From the IMG/VR virus record IMGVR_UViG_3300001525_000450, positions 1-51,555 of that record: a stretch of 51,555 nt of DNA; one strand, 5' to 3'. Positions 7,828 through 15,588 of the stretch are shown here, in pieces. Numbering within the stretch: the first letter of the stretch is position 1; the number at the start of each line of letters is the position of its first letter. The DNA comes from a virus. The notes under the pieces are model-generated. The model had not been told where the DNA came from. It ran no database searches and was given only the letters and a program-made list of their open reading frames with translations. A program made the translations under genes and the position numbers.

Positions 7828-8058
7828 TCACCTCTTTTCTATGCGAGTGATTTTGAAGACCTTGCCAGGAATCATAGTCTTGACAGCAAATTCTTTTGCA
7901 TCAGGGTACATCAACCCAGAGATTGCTTCAAGCTGATTGGCAACGTCAAGAAGAGAAACTTCCTTTGCGTCATCATCTTTGAATCGTACATCAGGATAGA
8001 GCTTGTACTGCTTCTTGAGAGCTCTGAGACTGAGCTTCATGATTCTCTTCATGTTCAT
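7828..8058 (-). CDS. hypothetical protein (76 aa)
   Basis: ATG lies 4 nt after the upstream stop, in a tightly packed operon. The RBS is weak, so the start is uncertain. Confidence 0.45.
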   Translation of the reverse strand: MNMKRIMKLSLRALKKQYKLYPDVRFKDDDAKEVSLLDVANQLEAISGLMYPDAKEFAVKTMIPGKVFKITRIEKR

Positions 8059-8062
8059 TATA

Positions 8063-8254
8063 CTACACCCGCAAAATATTGGAAAGAGTATAAATGGCAT
8101 TTTCATACTCTGTTGAGGAAAGGTTGAGATCAGAGATGAGCTTTTTGTACCACTGGTACACATAGATGTTGTGCTTCGGTTCTTTCTTTGCTCTGCGCAG
8201 TATGCGCTGCAAGCTATAGTTTTTATACTTCGACACCTGCTGACTCTGCATCAT
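8063..8254 (-). CDS. hypothetical small basic protein (63 aa, MMQSQQVSKYKNYSLQRILRRAKK...)
   Basis: AGAGGTGG RBS 5 nt upstream of ATGATG. Fills the gap between flanking genes. Confidence 0.5.
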   Translation of the reverse strand: MMQSQQVSKYKNYSLQRILRRAKKEPKHNIYVYQWYKKLISDLNLSSTEYENAIYTLSNILRV

Positions 8255-8594
8255 TTTTGCCACCTCTTTCTCTTCCCTTTGGGCAATACCAATTTTCTGG
8301 CTTTTCTGTTTTATCAAGGCTGCACAGCATCTTGAATACTCGCTTTGGTGCATTCTTCTTGTGAAATTTCTTGTAGAACTCACAGTTCTTACAACGGCAT
8401 ACTTTCTCAAGAGAATTGAGATCAAATGGATCATAGCACCAATGGTAAAGGTTCTCTATTTGAGCAATAGCTGCATCAATCGAGATCTTTTGAGTCCCAA
8501 GCTCTGTTGGAAATTCTACTTCTGCATTTGGAGTTTTCCTTCTCTTACTCTTCAGGGTGTCTATAGCAATAGACAATACTTGTCGTGTTGTCAT
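8223..8594 (-). CDS. hypothetical protein (123 aa) with CxCxxC motif
   Basis: MTTRQVLS start lies 2 nt after the HD-gene stop. Contains CRCKNCEF. Confidence 0.55.
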   Translation of the reverse strand: MTTRQVLSIAIDTLKSKRRKTPNAEVEFPTELGTQKISIDAAIAQIENLYHWCYDPFDLNSLEKVCRCKNCEFYKKFHKKNAPKRVFKMLCSLDKTEKPENWYCPKGRERGGKNDAESAGVEV

Positions 8595-8596
8595 AA

Positions 8597-9145
8597 TCAA
8601 AGACCCATAACTTGAGAAGCCCACATATCCGCAGTGTGAGTATAAAGGACGTTCTCATATGCACAACATGCAGCAGAATAGCCTTTCCAGTATTTCTCAC
8701 CCTCGAATGGACCCATATGCCAACGAATGCAATAGAGTTCTTCAGGAGTGAGGTCAAGGAACTGCTGAATGAGAATTACACTGGCATCACCATGCCCAGG
8801 AAGAATTGAATTGCCCGTGTGGGTGTAAGTCCCATCCCCTTGCCTTGTATACAGCTTTGTTTTGCAGTAGTCATGCAGCATGCCAATGAGATATGGAGAA
8901 GCAGGTCTTTCCCATTTGAGATGAAGAAAATCTGTATACTCATGGAGCTTCCATGCTACAGCATAGGAGTGATCAAAAAGACCACCCTCATAATTGCCAT
9001 GATGAGAAGCTGATGCAGGAGCAGTGAAGAACCCATCGTCTATGAGCTGTTGAACCAGCCCATGATTATATGGATCGGGTATAATGCCCATGAACAAATC
9101 GATACGATCTTGCATTGTTCTATTGATCAGTGGCTGACTTTTCAT
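8597..9145 (-). CDS. HD-domain phosphohydrolase
   Basis: SASHHGNYEGGLFDHS and IGMLHDYCK provide the H..HD..D signature. Confidence 0.8.
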   Translation of the reverse strand: MKSQPLINRTMQDRIDLFMGIIPDPYNHGLVQQLIDDGFFTAPASASHHGNYEGGLFDHSYAVAWKLHEYTDFLHLKWERPASPYLIGMLHDYCKTKLYTRQGDGTYTHTGNSILPGHGDASVILIQQFLDLTPEELYCIRWHMGPFEGEKYWKGYSAACCAYENVLYTHTADMWASQVMGL

Positions 9146-9149
9146 AAGA

Positions 9150-11084
9150 TCACCTCTTGAATTGTTTGAGAGTTATGCCTTTCCAGCTTGCCTCTCGTGT
9201 CTTTGGGTTTCTATATTCTATGTACCCAAGAGACCTCATGTTTCGAATAAATCCGTGCTTTTTGTGGCATTCACGACCACTGCTCACACAGAATTGCGCA
9301 TAGGCTTCATAGAGAGCATCCTTGCCAATATATGCATCTTGGTCTTTCTTGCACTTCTTTACAAGGAATGCATGAATACTATCAGAGTCCTGACGCAAGC
9401 CCTCCACCATTCGATTGGAGCGTTCTGTACGAGGAATTGCTTCTACTGGCAAAAGGCTGAGCAGATATGGAATGACTTCTTCAACGCTCTCATCACTGCA
9501 AAGATCATTGACATATGCATCGTTAAGGAATAGCTCATGATTCATGTACAGAATCCGCATTCGTTTGTAGAATGCATTTGACTTTTCTTCCAGCTGAAGT
9601 GGGAGCTGGTTGAAAGAAAAGATCAGTTTGCAGAAAGGTACAAAGAAGAAAGGCTCTTTGCCTTTCTTTTCATGCATGATTTGGTCACCACCAGTGATCT
9701 TTTTCAAGTTCTCGATACTGCTCAGTGGCAATGAACCATTATCACCACAGGAGTTCAGCAGTGTATTGTACAGCTGAGCTGGGTAGAATCGAGCACTGAG
9801 TTCATGCATACTTAAAGATGAGACGTTTTCTCGCCCAACCATATTCTCAATGAATCGGAGCAAAACGGATTTGCCCGTATTAGACTGACCACAGAGGATC
9901 ATAAAGGTTTTCAGGCCATAATTCAAGGTCAAGCAATATGCCATATATTTCAAGGCCATTTTGATATCTTCCTTGTTAAGGCAAGTCTTTTTGAAGAACT
10001 GATAGAGCCTTGTATTTACAAAAGGAACGTATTCACCCACTTCATGTGGGATCTGCAGTGTTTGTAGATACTTGCTATCATGAGGAAGAAGTTTCCCCTG
10101 CTCAATATCCCAAACACCATTCTTGAAGTTGATCAGATTGTGATCCTTGTTAAGGTCTTTTGTCTCTTTTTGAAGTCGTGTATCATCAATAATCAGCCGG
10201 AAGCACTCCATGATTCTTGCCTGAGTGATCAAGCTGTCAACCATGATCATATCACGAATTGTATTGCGAACATAACTGCTGGCTTCTTTGTACACACCCT
10301 CTTGGTAAAGGTATGCTTCACCGCCCAAGACAAATATGTCACCACGATTGACGAAGTAGTCACATATTGCTCGGCTGTTCACATTGACTGGGTGACCTTT
10401 GGTATTGTAAATCAAATAGGGGTTGTCACCCTGTTCCTGAGCTTCATAGTTCTTTGTGTTGCGAATGATCTTCTCAAGCTCTTCCTCATCCATGGGTTGA
10501 TCAAAAATGATAGTATTGATGATGTGAGCCATCTTATCAATCTGATCATCATTGGCACCTCTGTTTTTGTATGCCATAAGATGAGCAAAGAGTGTAGCGT
10601 TTCTGCCATCACCCTCCTTAAGACCCAGAAGAGATTCTCTTCTGTTTGCCATTGGGGTGAATTCAAGAGGAAGATCTTCAATCGTCCTGCAATTATTGAA
10701 CTTTCGGTTTTCTGTGCCCCAAGGAAGAATGACATAACCTTTGTTGGCACAGCGAAAATCACATTTAAGACCACAAGGCAAGATCATGCCGATACGCTGA
10801 GGAAAGTCCTTGTTGGTCTTAAAGTAAAGGTGTAGACCCTTTGGAGTCTTACACATTAGAGTTTTGAGGTGCATTTTGCGAACAACCTTGAGAGCTTCTT
10901 CTTTGCCCTCATCAATATCAACAATGATATATCCGGTTCGCACCCACCAACCAATCTGCCCACCGTTCTCAACGTGAGCAGCTGCAGCTCTTTCAGGTAC
11001 AATAGCAGTGTCGATACGCTTCTTTTCCATACAGCGCACATAGCTGTCTTGCCCGATCAAGCTGTTAAACTCAGATAATTTCAT
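9150..11084 (-). CDS. bifunctional primase-polymerase / SF3 helicase (D5/P4-alpha-like)
   Basis: N-terminal prim-pol-like IIVDIDEG. Walker A LCGQSNTGKS with a P4-type primase C-terminal region. 644 aa. Confidence 0.9.
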   Translation of the reverse strand: MKLSEFNSLIGQDSYVRCMEKKRIDTAIVPERAAAAHVENGGQIGWWVRTGYIIVDIDEGKEEALKVVRKMHLKTLMCKTPKGLHLYFKTNKDFPQRIGMILPCGLKCDFRCANKGYVILPWGTENRKFNNCRTIEDLPLEFTPMANRRESLLGLKEGDGRNATLFAHLMAYKNRGANDDQIDKMAHIINTIIFDQPMDEEELEKIIRNTKNYEAQEQGDNPYLIYNTKGHPVNVNSRAICDYFVNRGDIFVLGGEAYLYQEGVYKEASSYVRNTIRDMIMVDSLITQARIMECFRLIIDDTRLQKETKDLNKDHNLINFKNGVWDIEQGKLLPHDSKYLQTLQIPHEVGEYVPFVNTRLYQFFKKTCLNKEDIKMALKYMAYCLTLNYGLKTFMILCGQSNTGKSVLLRFIENMVGRENVSSLSMHELSARFYPAQLYNTLLNSCGDNGSLPLSSIENLKKITGGDQIMHEKKGKEPFFFVPFCKLIFSFNQLPLQLEEKSNAFYKRMRILYMNHELFLNDAYVNDLCSDESVEEVIPYLLSLLPVEAIPRTERSNRMVEGLRQDSDSIHAFLVKKCKKDQDAYIGKDALYEAYAQFCVSSGRECHKKHGFIRNMRSLGYIEYRNPKTREASWKGITLKQFKR

Positions 11085-11098
11085 AGACTGTCATCCTA

Positions 11099-11455
11099 TT
11101 AGTTCATAGTTACTGTTCGATCCTCTACAGTGCGCTGCATACTGGTGCTGTTGTCAAGCCAACGCTGTACACGCTCAACCTTGGCAACCTTTCTGACATC
11201 GATCTCTTCCTGGTTAAGGTTGAAGATCGCTTTGACATGATGCAGAATAATCTCAACGTCAGCCACCTCATCAATAGCTTTCTGATGAAGATCAAGCTGA
11301 GCTTCATACTCGGAATCATATCGAGGAAACTTTGCCAACACACAGGCCAGCTCATTGAGTTCCTCGATGGCAACCAAGATCTGATTTTTATTGCCATAGA
11401 CATCACGAGCTTTGGCAAGTGTTGTTGCAATGCTATTTGCCTGTTCTTGGGTCAT
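11099..11455 (-). CDS. MazG-like all-alpha NTP pyrophosphohydrolase
   Basis: AIEELNELACVL and IDEVADVEIIL (EExxE...ExxD metal-binding pattern). GAGGTGA RBS before MTQEQ. Confidence 0.75.
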   Translation of the reverse strand: MTQEQANSIATTLAKARDVYGNKNQILVAIEELNELACVLAKFPRYDSEYEAQLDLHQKAIDEVADVEIILHHVKAIFNLNQEEIDVRKVAKVERVQRWLDNSTSMQRTVEDRTVTMN

Positions 11456-11465
11456 ATATATCACC

Positions 11466-11942
11466 TCAATTCACTGCATCAGGAGCATCCCAGCTGGTCA
11501 CCTGAACACTCTTCACACCGTTATATGCAAAGATCTGCTCTGTTTCCTCACTGATATACTGCTTGCGCCCATAGTACACCTCTGTGATTCCTGCAGCAAC
11601 AATAACACGTGCACAGGCTTCACAAGGATAGCGTGTTACATAGATTCGTCCACCTCGTGCAGATCTTTCCAGATGAGCAATAGCATCAACTTCACTATGG
11701 ATAGCACGGCAATCTGCAGGTCCACGATGGGTCTTATCATTGTTGCCATATTTCTTGATACGCAAGCAGCCCTCAAACTGACAAAGATTTGGGATTGTTG
11801 CATTTGCTCCAAAGGAGAGAATTCTGCCATGCTTATCTGTAATGCAAGACCCAACAGCAACTTTCAAGCATCCTGATCTTGATTCTGCATAGGTCTGAGC
11901 CATGTCAAGATATCTTTTGACAGGCATTTGTTCATTTGCCAT
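11466..11942 (-). CDS. deoxycytidylate (dCMP) deaminase
   Basis: HSEVDAI (HxE) and PCEACARVI (PCxxC) zinc motifs. MANEQ start overlaps the upstream stop (ATGGCAAATGA). Confidence 0.9.
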   Translation of the reverse strand: MANEQMPVKRYLDMAQTYAESRSGCLKVAVGSCITDKHGRILSFGANATIPNLCQFEGCLRIKKYGNNDKTHRGPADCRAIHSEVDAIAHLERSARGGRIYVTRYPCEACARVIVAAGITEVYYGRKQYISEETEQIFAYNGVKSVQVTSWDAPDAVN

Positions 11943-12129
11943 TGTTGTTCCTCTTTTCCTGTTCTTTCTGTTCACGACGAGCTTTCTCACGACGTGCTGC
12001 TCGGCACTCACTACAATGCGTGAAAGGCTTCAGCCCACGAGTTTCGAGCCAAGCCAGCTCGTTGTCAGAGATAGAGAAAGGACGATTGCAGGTCTTGCAG
12101 ATCCTCTGCTGACGATTGTTTTCTGCCAT
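11932..12129 (-). CDS. zinc-ribbon protein (zf-trcl-like)
   Basis: CKTCNRPFSISDNELAWLETRGLKPFTHCSECR, two CxxC pairs with a basic tail. GGAGG RBS. Confidence 0.55.
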   Translation of the reverse strand: MAENNRQQRICKTCNRPFSISDNELAWLETRGLKPFTHCSECRAARREKARREQKEQEKRNNNGK

Positions 12130-12144
12130 GATGAAGTACCTCCA

Positions 12145-13173
12145 TTATTTGTGTTGTTTGTATTTGACACGAGGACGACCAGTGCCCTCGATTGTCCGAA
12201 TGTATTTGCTGAGCTCACACATACAGTTTTCCAAGCTCATAATGTTAAGGCAACGATCATATATGGGAAGATCTATGAAAATTTCTCTCGGATCCCAATA
12301 CTGACCGTTGGGTTCCATGATCTTTGAGAAGATATGATCAACATTGTCTCTCAGCCAGAACAGTGCTTCTTCTGGAGACATGCCGTCATAGTCATCAAAA
12401 AGATAATCGAGTCCTTTCTTACACCCAGGGCCAGCTACAACAAATTCGTTTTCACTGAATGGGAACTCTTTTATATAGGTCAAGTCAACAAAGACTTGAT
12501 ATGCCAGAAAATCAGAGAATCCCTGAATCTCTTTGATGATCTCAAATGCAGCTTTTTGGTTACTGGCGTTCATGAGTCTATTGACTGTATCATGCTGCTG
12601 AAGCCATGGACCAAGATGGAACACTCGTAAAGGTATATCCTGTTCTACTCCGTCACTGAAATGATCAATATCTCCCCATCTCCAGGCCTGTTTTGTTCCA
12701 CCTTGATTATATGCTGAGCTCCACCATTTACGCTCCGGATCTTCTTCAAGGAGCCATTTGTAAATGGGTCGCACCAAAGACTTCATTCTTTGTGAAGAGT
12801 AAAGGGCTTTTGCTTGCCACGGACCACCAAAATCTCGCATTGTATCCCAGTTGTTCCATGCTCTAAAATAGAACGTATTGATGATTTTGTCAATCAGAGC
12901 AAGATCGGGATTGGTACTGATGTTTTTGATAAGATACTGGCTCTGACGATCATGTTCACGACGAACATTACAGAACTTGTACTGCTGCAGAACCCCATCG
13001 TTGGTCCAGGGAGCTTCTTTGTGAAGAACATCTTTGCGAAGATGAATTTTATATCGCTCTGTTACAAAATCATAGAATCTTCGCATGTTCTCAAGATTGT
13101 ACTTTGGGTTTGCAACTCGGATTTTGATCCTGTTGACACCACAGTACAACTTGTCTCGAGGTTTGGTTTTCAT
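12145..13173 (-). CDS. alpha-glutamyl/putrescinyl-thymine pyrophosphorylase-like (aGPT-Pplase-like) DNA base hypermodification protein, tentative
   Basis: APWTNDGVLQQYKFCNVRREHDRQSQYL matches my recollection of the PWTxDxIL..Y.FxNV.RE.DR signature of this phage family. ATG at 13173 with an AAGGCGGTG RBS, directly downstream of its own promoter. Confidence 0.45.
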   Translation of the reverse strand: MKTKPRDKLYCGVNRIKIRVANPKYNLENMRRFYDFVTERYKIHLRKDVLHKEAPWTNDGVLQQYKFCNVRREHDRQSQYLIKNISTNPDLALIDKIINTFYFRAWNNWDTMRDFGGPWQAKALYSSQRMKSLVRPIYKWLLEEDPERKWWSSAYNQGGTKQAWRWGDIDHFSDGVEQDIPLRVFHLGPWLQQHDTVNRLMNASNQKAAFEIIKEIQGFSDFLAYQVFVDLTYIKEFPFSENEFVVAGPGCKKGLDYLFDDYDGMSPEEALFWLRDNVDHIFSKIMEPNGQYWDPREIFIDLPIYDRCLNIMSLENCMCELSKYIRTIEGTGRPRVKYKQHK

Positions 13174-13203
13174 ATCACACCGCCTTTGCTTCAAGTATTA
13201 CAT

Positions 13204-13232
13204 ATTATACTCTCATATCGGACTATTGTAAA
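13204..13232 (-). promoter_or_regulatory. promoter of the conserved phage family (TTTACA-17-TATAAT)
   Basis: Minus strand reads aaaaatctcTTTACAatagtccgatatgagagTATAATat. The -35 overlaps the end of the upstream gene. Confidence 0.7.
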
Positions 13233-13813
13233 GAGATTTTTTCGTCCTTGTAGCAGTATTTGAGAACGTCCTTTTTGGCAGTCAGCAGCTTTTCAGTTCC
13301 TCTGAGCTTTTTACCATACCCATGAACAGCTCCACCACGACCGATGATCAACTTGCGATATCGCATAGTCTCTGCATCAATGTAGTATCTGATTTTTACA
13401 GTCATCAACCCATTGGCATCAACACACCAAGTTGTTTTCATAGAGTTAAAGCTGACACTGTCACAATCTGCCACCTCGTGCTTCAGCTGTGCCCAAGCAG
13501 CCATCTGCTTGGCATTTGGCTGACCCTCGCTTTTGGGAGATTTGGAAAAGTCCACGATCACCTGTCTCTTTGGGCTGGTGTCTCCTGTGGAGGGCTTTTC
13601 CTCCTCGTGGGTAGTTTTCTCCTCAGGTTCCTTAGAGAGCTCCACAGGAGGAGCTGCTACAACAGCAGAGACACGTCGTGTGCTGAGCGATTCAGGGTCT
13701 ACACTCAGGATTCCGGCCGTGATAGTTTTGGCCTGGGTGGCGGTCTCACACTTCACAGACCCAAGGACTTTCCCGTCCTTGACCATATTATAATAGTACA
13801 CTCGGATTCTCAT
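13223..13813 (-). CDS. hypothetical protein (196 aa)
   Basis: GGAGG RBS. The central P/E/K-rich linker separates two domains. Confidence 0.65.
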   Translation of the reverse strand: MRIRVYYYNMVKDGKVLGSVKCETATQAKTITAGILSVDPESLSTRRVSAVVAAPPVELSKEPEEKTTHEEEKPSTGDTSPKRQVIVDFSKSPKSEGQPNAKQMAAWAQLKHEVADCDSVSFNSMKTTWCVDANGLMTVKIRYYIDAETMRYRKLIIGRGGAVHGYGKKLRGTEKLLTAKKDVLKYCYKDEKISLQ

Positions 13814-14039
13814 TTTGGAACCTCCACAGTTTTCTTGTTTTATGATAGATATGAATAACGTCCATCACATCAGAATGTAACGTCGGATCGAGTTTTCTTA
13901 AACGAACTTTCATGTGCCAGCCAACAGTGCTGAGCGGAACATTGAAGTGCTCAGACACCTCTTTGTAAGTTGCCAAGTTCTTATTGATGTACCTTGCCTC
14001 CTCGAGAACAAAGTCATCAGTGTAGCTTCTCTTCATCAT
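13788..14039 (-). CDS. SpoIIID-like helix-turn-helix transcriptional regulator
   Basis: LATYKEVSEHFNVPLSTVGWHMKVRLRKLDPTLHSDVMDVIHIYHK parallels the SpoIIID HTH and its C-terminal part. GAGGTGG RBS before ATGATG. Confidence 0.6.
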   Translation of the reverse strand: MMKRSYTDDFVLEEARYINKNLATYKEVSEHFNVPLSTVGWHMKVRLRKLDPTLHSDVMDVIHIYHKTRKLWRFQNENPSVLL

Positions 14040-14049
14040 TCTGACCACC

Positions 14050-14709
14050 TCATTTTTTCAAGGAACGAGCGTCCATGCAAGCACGACCATCAGATAAGCC
14101 CTGGGTGTATGCATCATAGTTGACAGAGCCGGAGCTGGTCAGGCCACCTTTGTGAGTAGCAAGGCTGGGAAACTTGTCATGGAACTTGTCGTTGACATCC
14201 TGAGGAACAATCAGTACAAGAGCCTGGCACTGCTTGTCGAGCTTCTCACGAAGACCCCCAAGGAAGCCCATCACATAGCTGTTGAATACATTCTTGGTCT
14301 CAAGGCAATCACGACGAGCCTGACCAACGCAAGCATCACCCTGCTTCTTTGCGAAGTGATAGGCATATTCAAAAGCCGATTTGGCAATCTTGGCATCATC
14401 AGCATGACCGAAGAATGCGACCTGCTTGTTGCTGAGCAGAATAGTTTTGCAACGGAAATTGCGTGCAATGATCACTGCCAGCTGGCAACGGAACCCTTTG
14501 TTGCCTTTGTGCTCACAGGCTTCCAACCCATAGGACACAGGCTCGTCAACGTTGATCTCAACATCACTCATCTGAACCCCGTGTTCAGCCATGAGCTGCT
14601 GAGCCTTGAGAAGTGCAGCCTGAGCTTCAGCGTCACTGTCATTGCGTTTGCTATCAGCCAGGGCGAGCAGTTTCTGGATCTTCTTTACGATTGCATTGCT
14701 TTCAGTCAT
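14050..14709 (-). CDS. DUF2786-like protein
   Basis: N-terminal VKKIQKLLALADSKRNDSDAEAQAALLKAQQLMAEHGV fits the DUF2786 signature. AAGGAG RBS. Confidence 0.6.
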   Translation of the reverse strand: MTESNAIVKKIQKLLALADSKRNDSDAEAQAALLKAQQLMAEHGVQMSDVEINVDEPVSYGLEACEHKGNKGFRCQLAVIIARNFRCKTILLSNKQVAFFGHADDAKIAKSAFEYAYHFAKKQGDACVGQARRDCLETKNVFNSYVMGFLGGLREKLDKQCQALVLIVPQDVNDKFHDKFPSLATHKGGLTSSGSVNYDAYTQGLSDGRACMDARSLKK

Positions 14710-14769
14710 GATAATTCTCCTTGTGATGTTATTTTAAGAGCCATCCGCTCTGGGAGGGTTGTCATATAC

Positions 14770-14826
14770 AACTCCGACACCCTTTCGGGTGTTTCGTCGC
14801 AATTTTCAGCGACTCATCAGGGAGTC
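14770..14826 (-). ncRNA. type I hammerhead self-cleaving ribozyme
   Basis: Minus strand reads GACUCC-CUGAUGA-GUCGC-UGAAAAUU-GCGAC-GAAA-CACCC-GAAA-GGGUG-UC^GGAGUU. All core nucleotides are present (C3-A9, G12-A14, A15.1-U16.1, C17). Stems II and III are capped by loops and stem I is open. Predicted cleavage is between 14776 and 14775. Confidence 0.85.
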
Positions 14827-14828
14827 TA

Positions 14829-15004
14829 TTAGATTTGTACACCAAGCTTTTCTGCTGCAGCAGAAACGACTTTCTCGACTTCTTCAGGACTTGCTTCGTT
14901 CCACTCATCCTGCATATCAGCTGCCACACAAAGCTCAGCACAAAGGTCATAGTCCCAAAATCAAGCTCTCGGATGTCAACAGCAATTTCTTGAGGATCGC
15001 GCAT
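14829..15004 (-). CDS. promoter-proximal leader ORF; reading frame ambiguous (needs a -1 shift at TTTT 14960-14957 to reach the TAA at 14831-14829)
   Basis: ATG at 15004 with a GGAGG RBS gives MRDPQEIAVDIRELDF. The zero frame then becomes atypical and runs through the ribozyme to 14762. The -1 frame reads WDYDLCAELCVAADMQDEWNEASPEEVEKVVSAAAEKLGVQI and stops 2 nt before the ribozyme. Confidence 0.35.
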
Positions 15005-15055
15005 TTTAATTACCTCCAGTTGTTTGAGTGTTTTCTTGTTTCTTATTGTGACTAT

Positions 15056-15084
15056 ATTGTACTCCTCCTGCAAGCAATTGTAAA
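15056..15084 (-). promoter_or_regulatory. promoter of the conserved phage family (TTTACA-17-TACAAT)
   Basis: Minus strand reads caaaaggtcTTTACAattgcttgcaggaggagTACAATatagtcacaataag. Confidence 0.7.
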
Positions 15085-15113
15085 GACCTTTTGCAAAAAT
15101 TTCTGAAGGATTT

Positions 15114-15371
15114 TTAGAAGGTGTCCCGCAAGATATACCCATAGATAATTGTACCAATGATCAGACCGATTGTAAAATGTAAAGGGTAGATGTCACCAAA
15201 TACCCATTTGGCAATTCTGTAGATCAGCAATACCACAAAGGCGCTGGCAAGTGTAGAAAGGAAACATGTCCATATGTACTTGACAAATCGCTTGATGAAG
15301 CTCCACAGGTCTTTCAGGGCATCGTACTTATGCTCCAGTAGCTGAACAAATACACTATCATTGATCTTCAT
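15114..15371 (-). CDS. small membrane protein (two predicted TM helices)
   Basis: Hydrophobic stretches CFLSTLASAFVVLLIY and FTIGLIIGTIIYGYIL. ATG lies 1 nt after the upstream stop. Confidence 0.6.
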   Translation of the reverse strand: MKINDSVFVQLLEHKYDALKDLWSFIKRFVKYIWTCFLSTLASAFVVLLIYRIAKWVFGDIYPLHFTIGLIIGTIIYGYILRDTF

Positions 15372-15372
15372 T

Positions 15373-15588
15373 CTATATCCCCATTTCTGTTCTTCTATTC
15401 CATAGTGTGATGACCCTCTCTACTGCACTCCCAGAGGGAACGTTGTTCCCGCTCTTCATATCACATAGAATCTGGGTCTGAGCGTTGCAGTGAGAGCAAT
15501 AGATCTTTACTCCGGAGCCAACAAAGAGGTATGCCTTGCCACCACAGAATGGACATCTCTTGAGCTCAGGCATCTCGACTTTCGTCAT
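15373..15588 (-). CDS. Lar-family restriction-alleviation-like zinc protein
   Basis: LKRCPFCGGKAYLF...KIYCSHCNAQT...AVERVITLWNRR matches the Lar-family pattern (CPFCGG...C..C...WNRR). AAGGAG RBS before MTKVEM. Confidence 0.6.
   Translation of the reverse strand: MTKVEMPELKRCPFCGGKAYLFVGSGVKIYCSHCNAQTQILCDMKSGNNVPSGSAVERVITLWNRRTEMGI

Noticed and set aside
14762-15157. 131-aa ORF-track form of the leader ORF
   Set aside because: Its 5' part runs through the promoter at 15056-15084 and the stop of the upstream gene. The RBS-supported ATG is at 15004.
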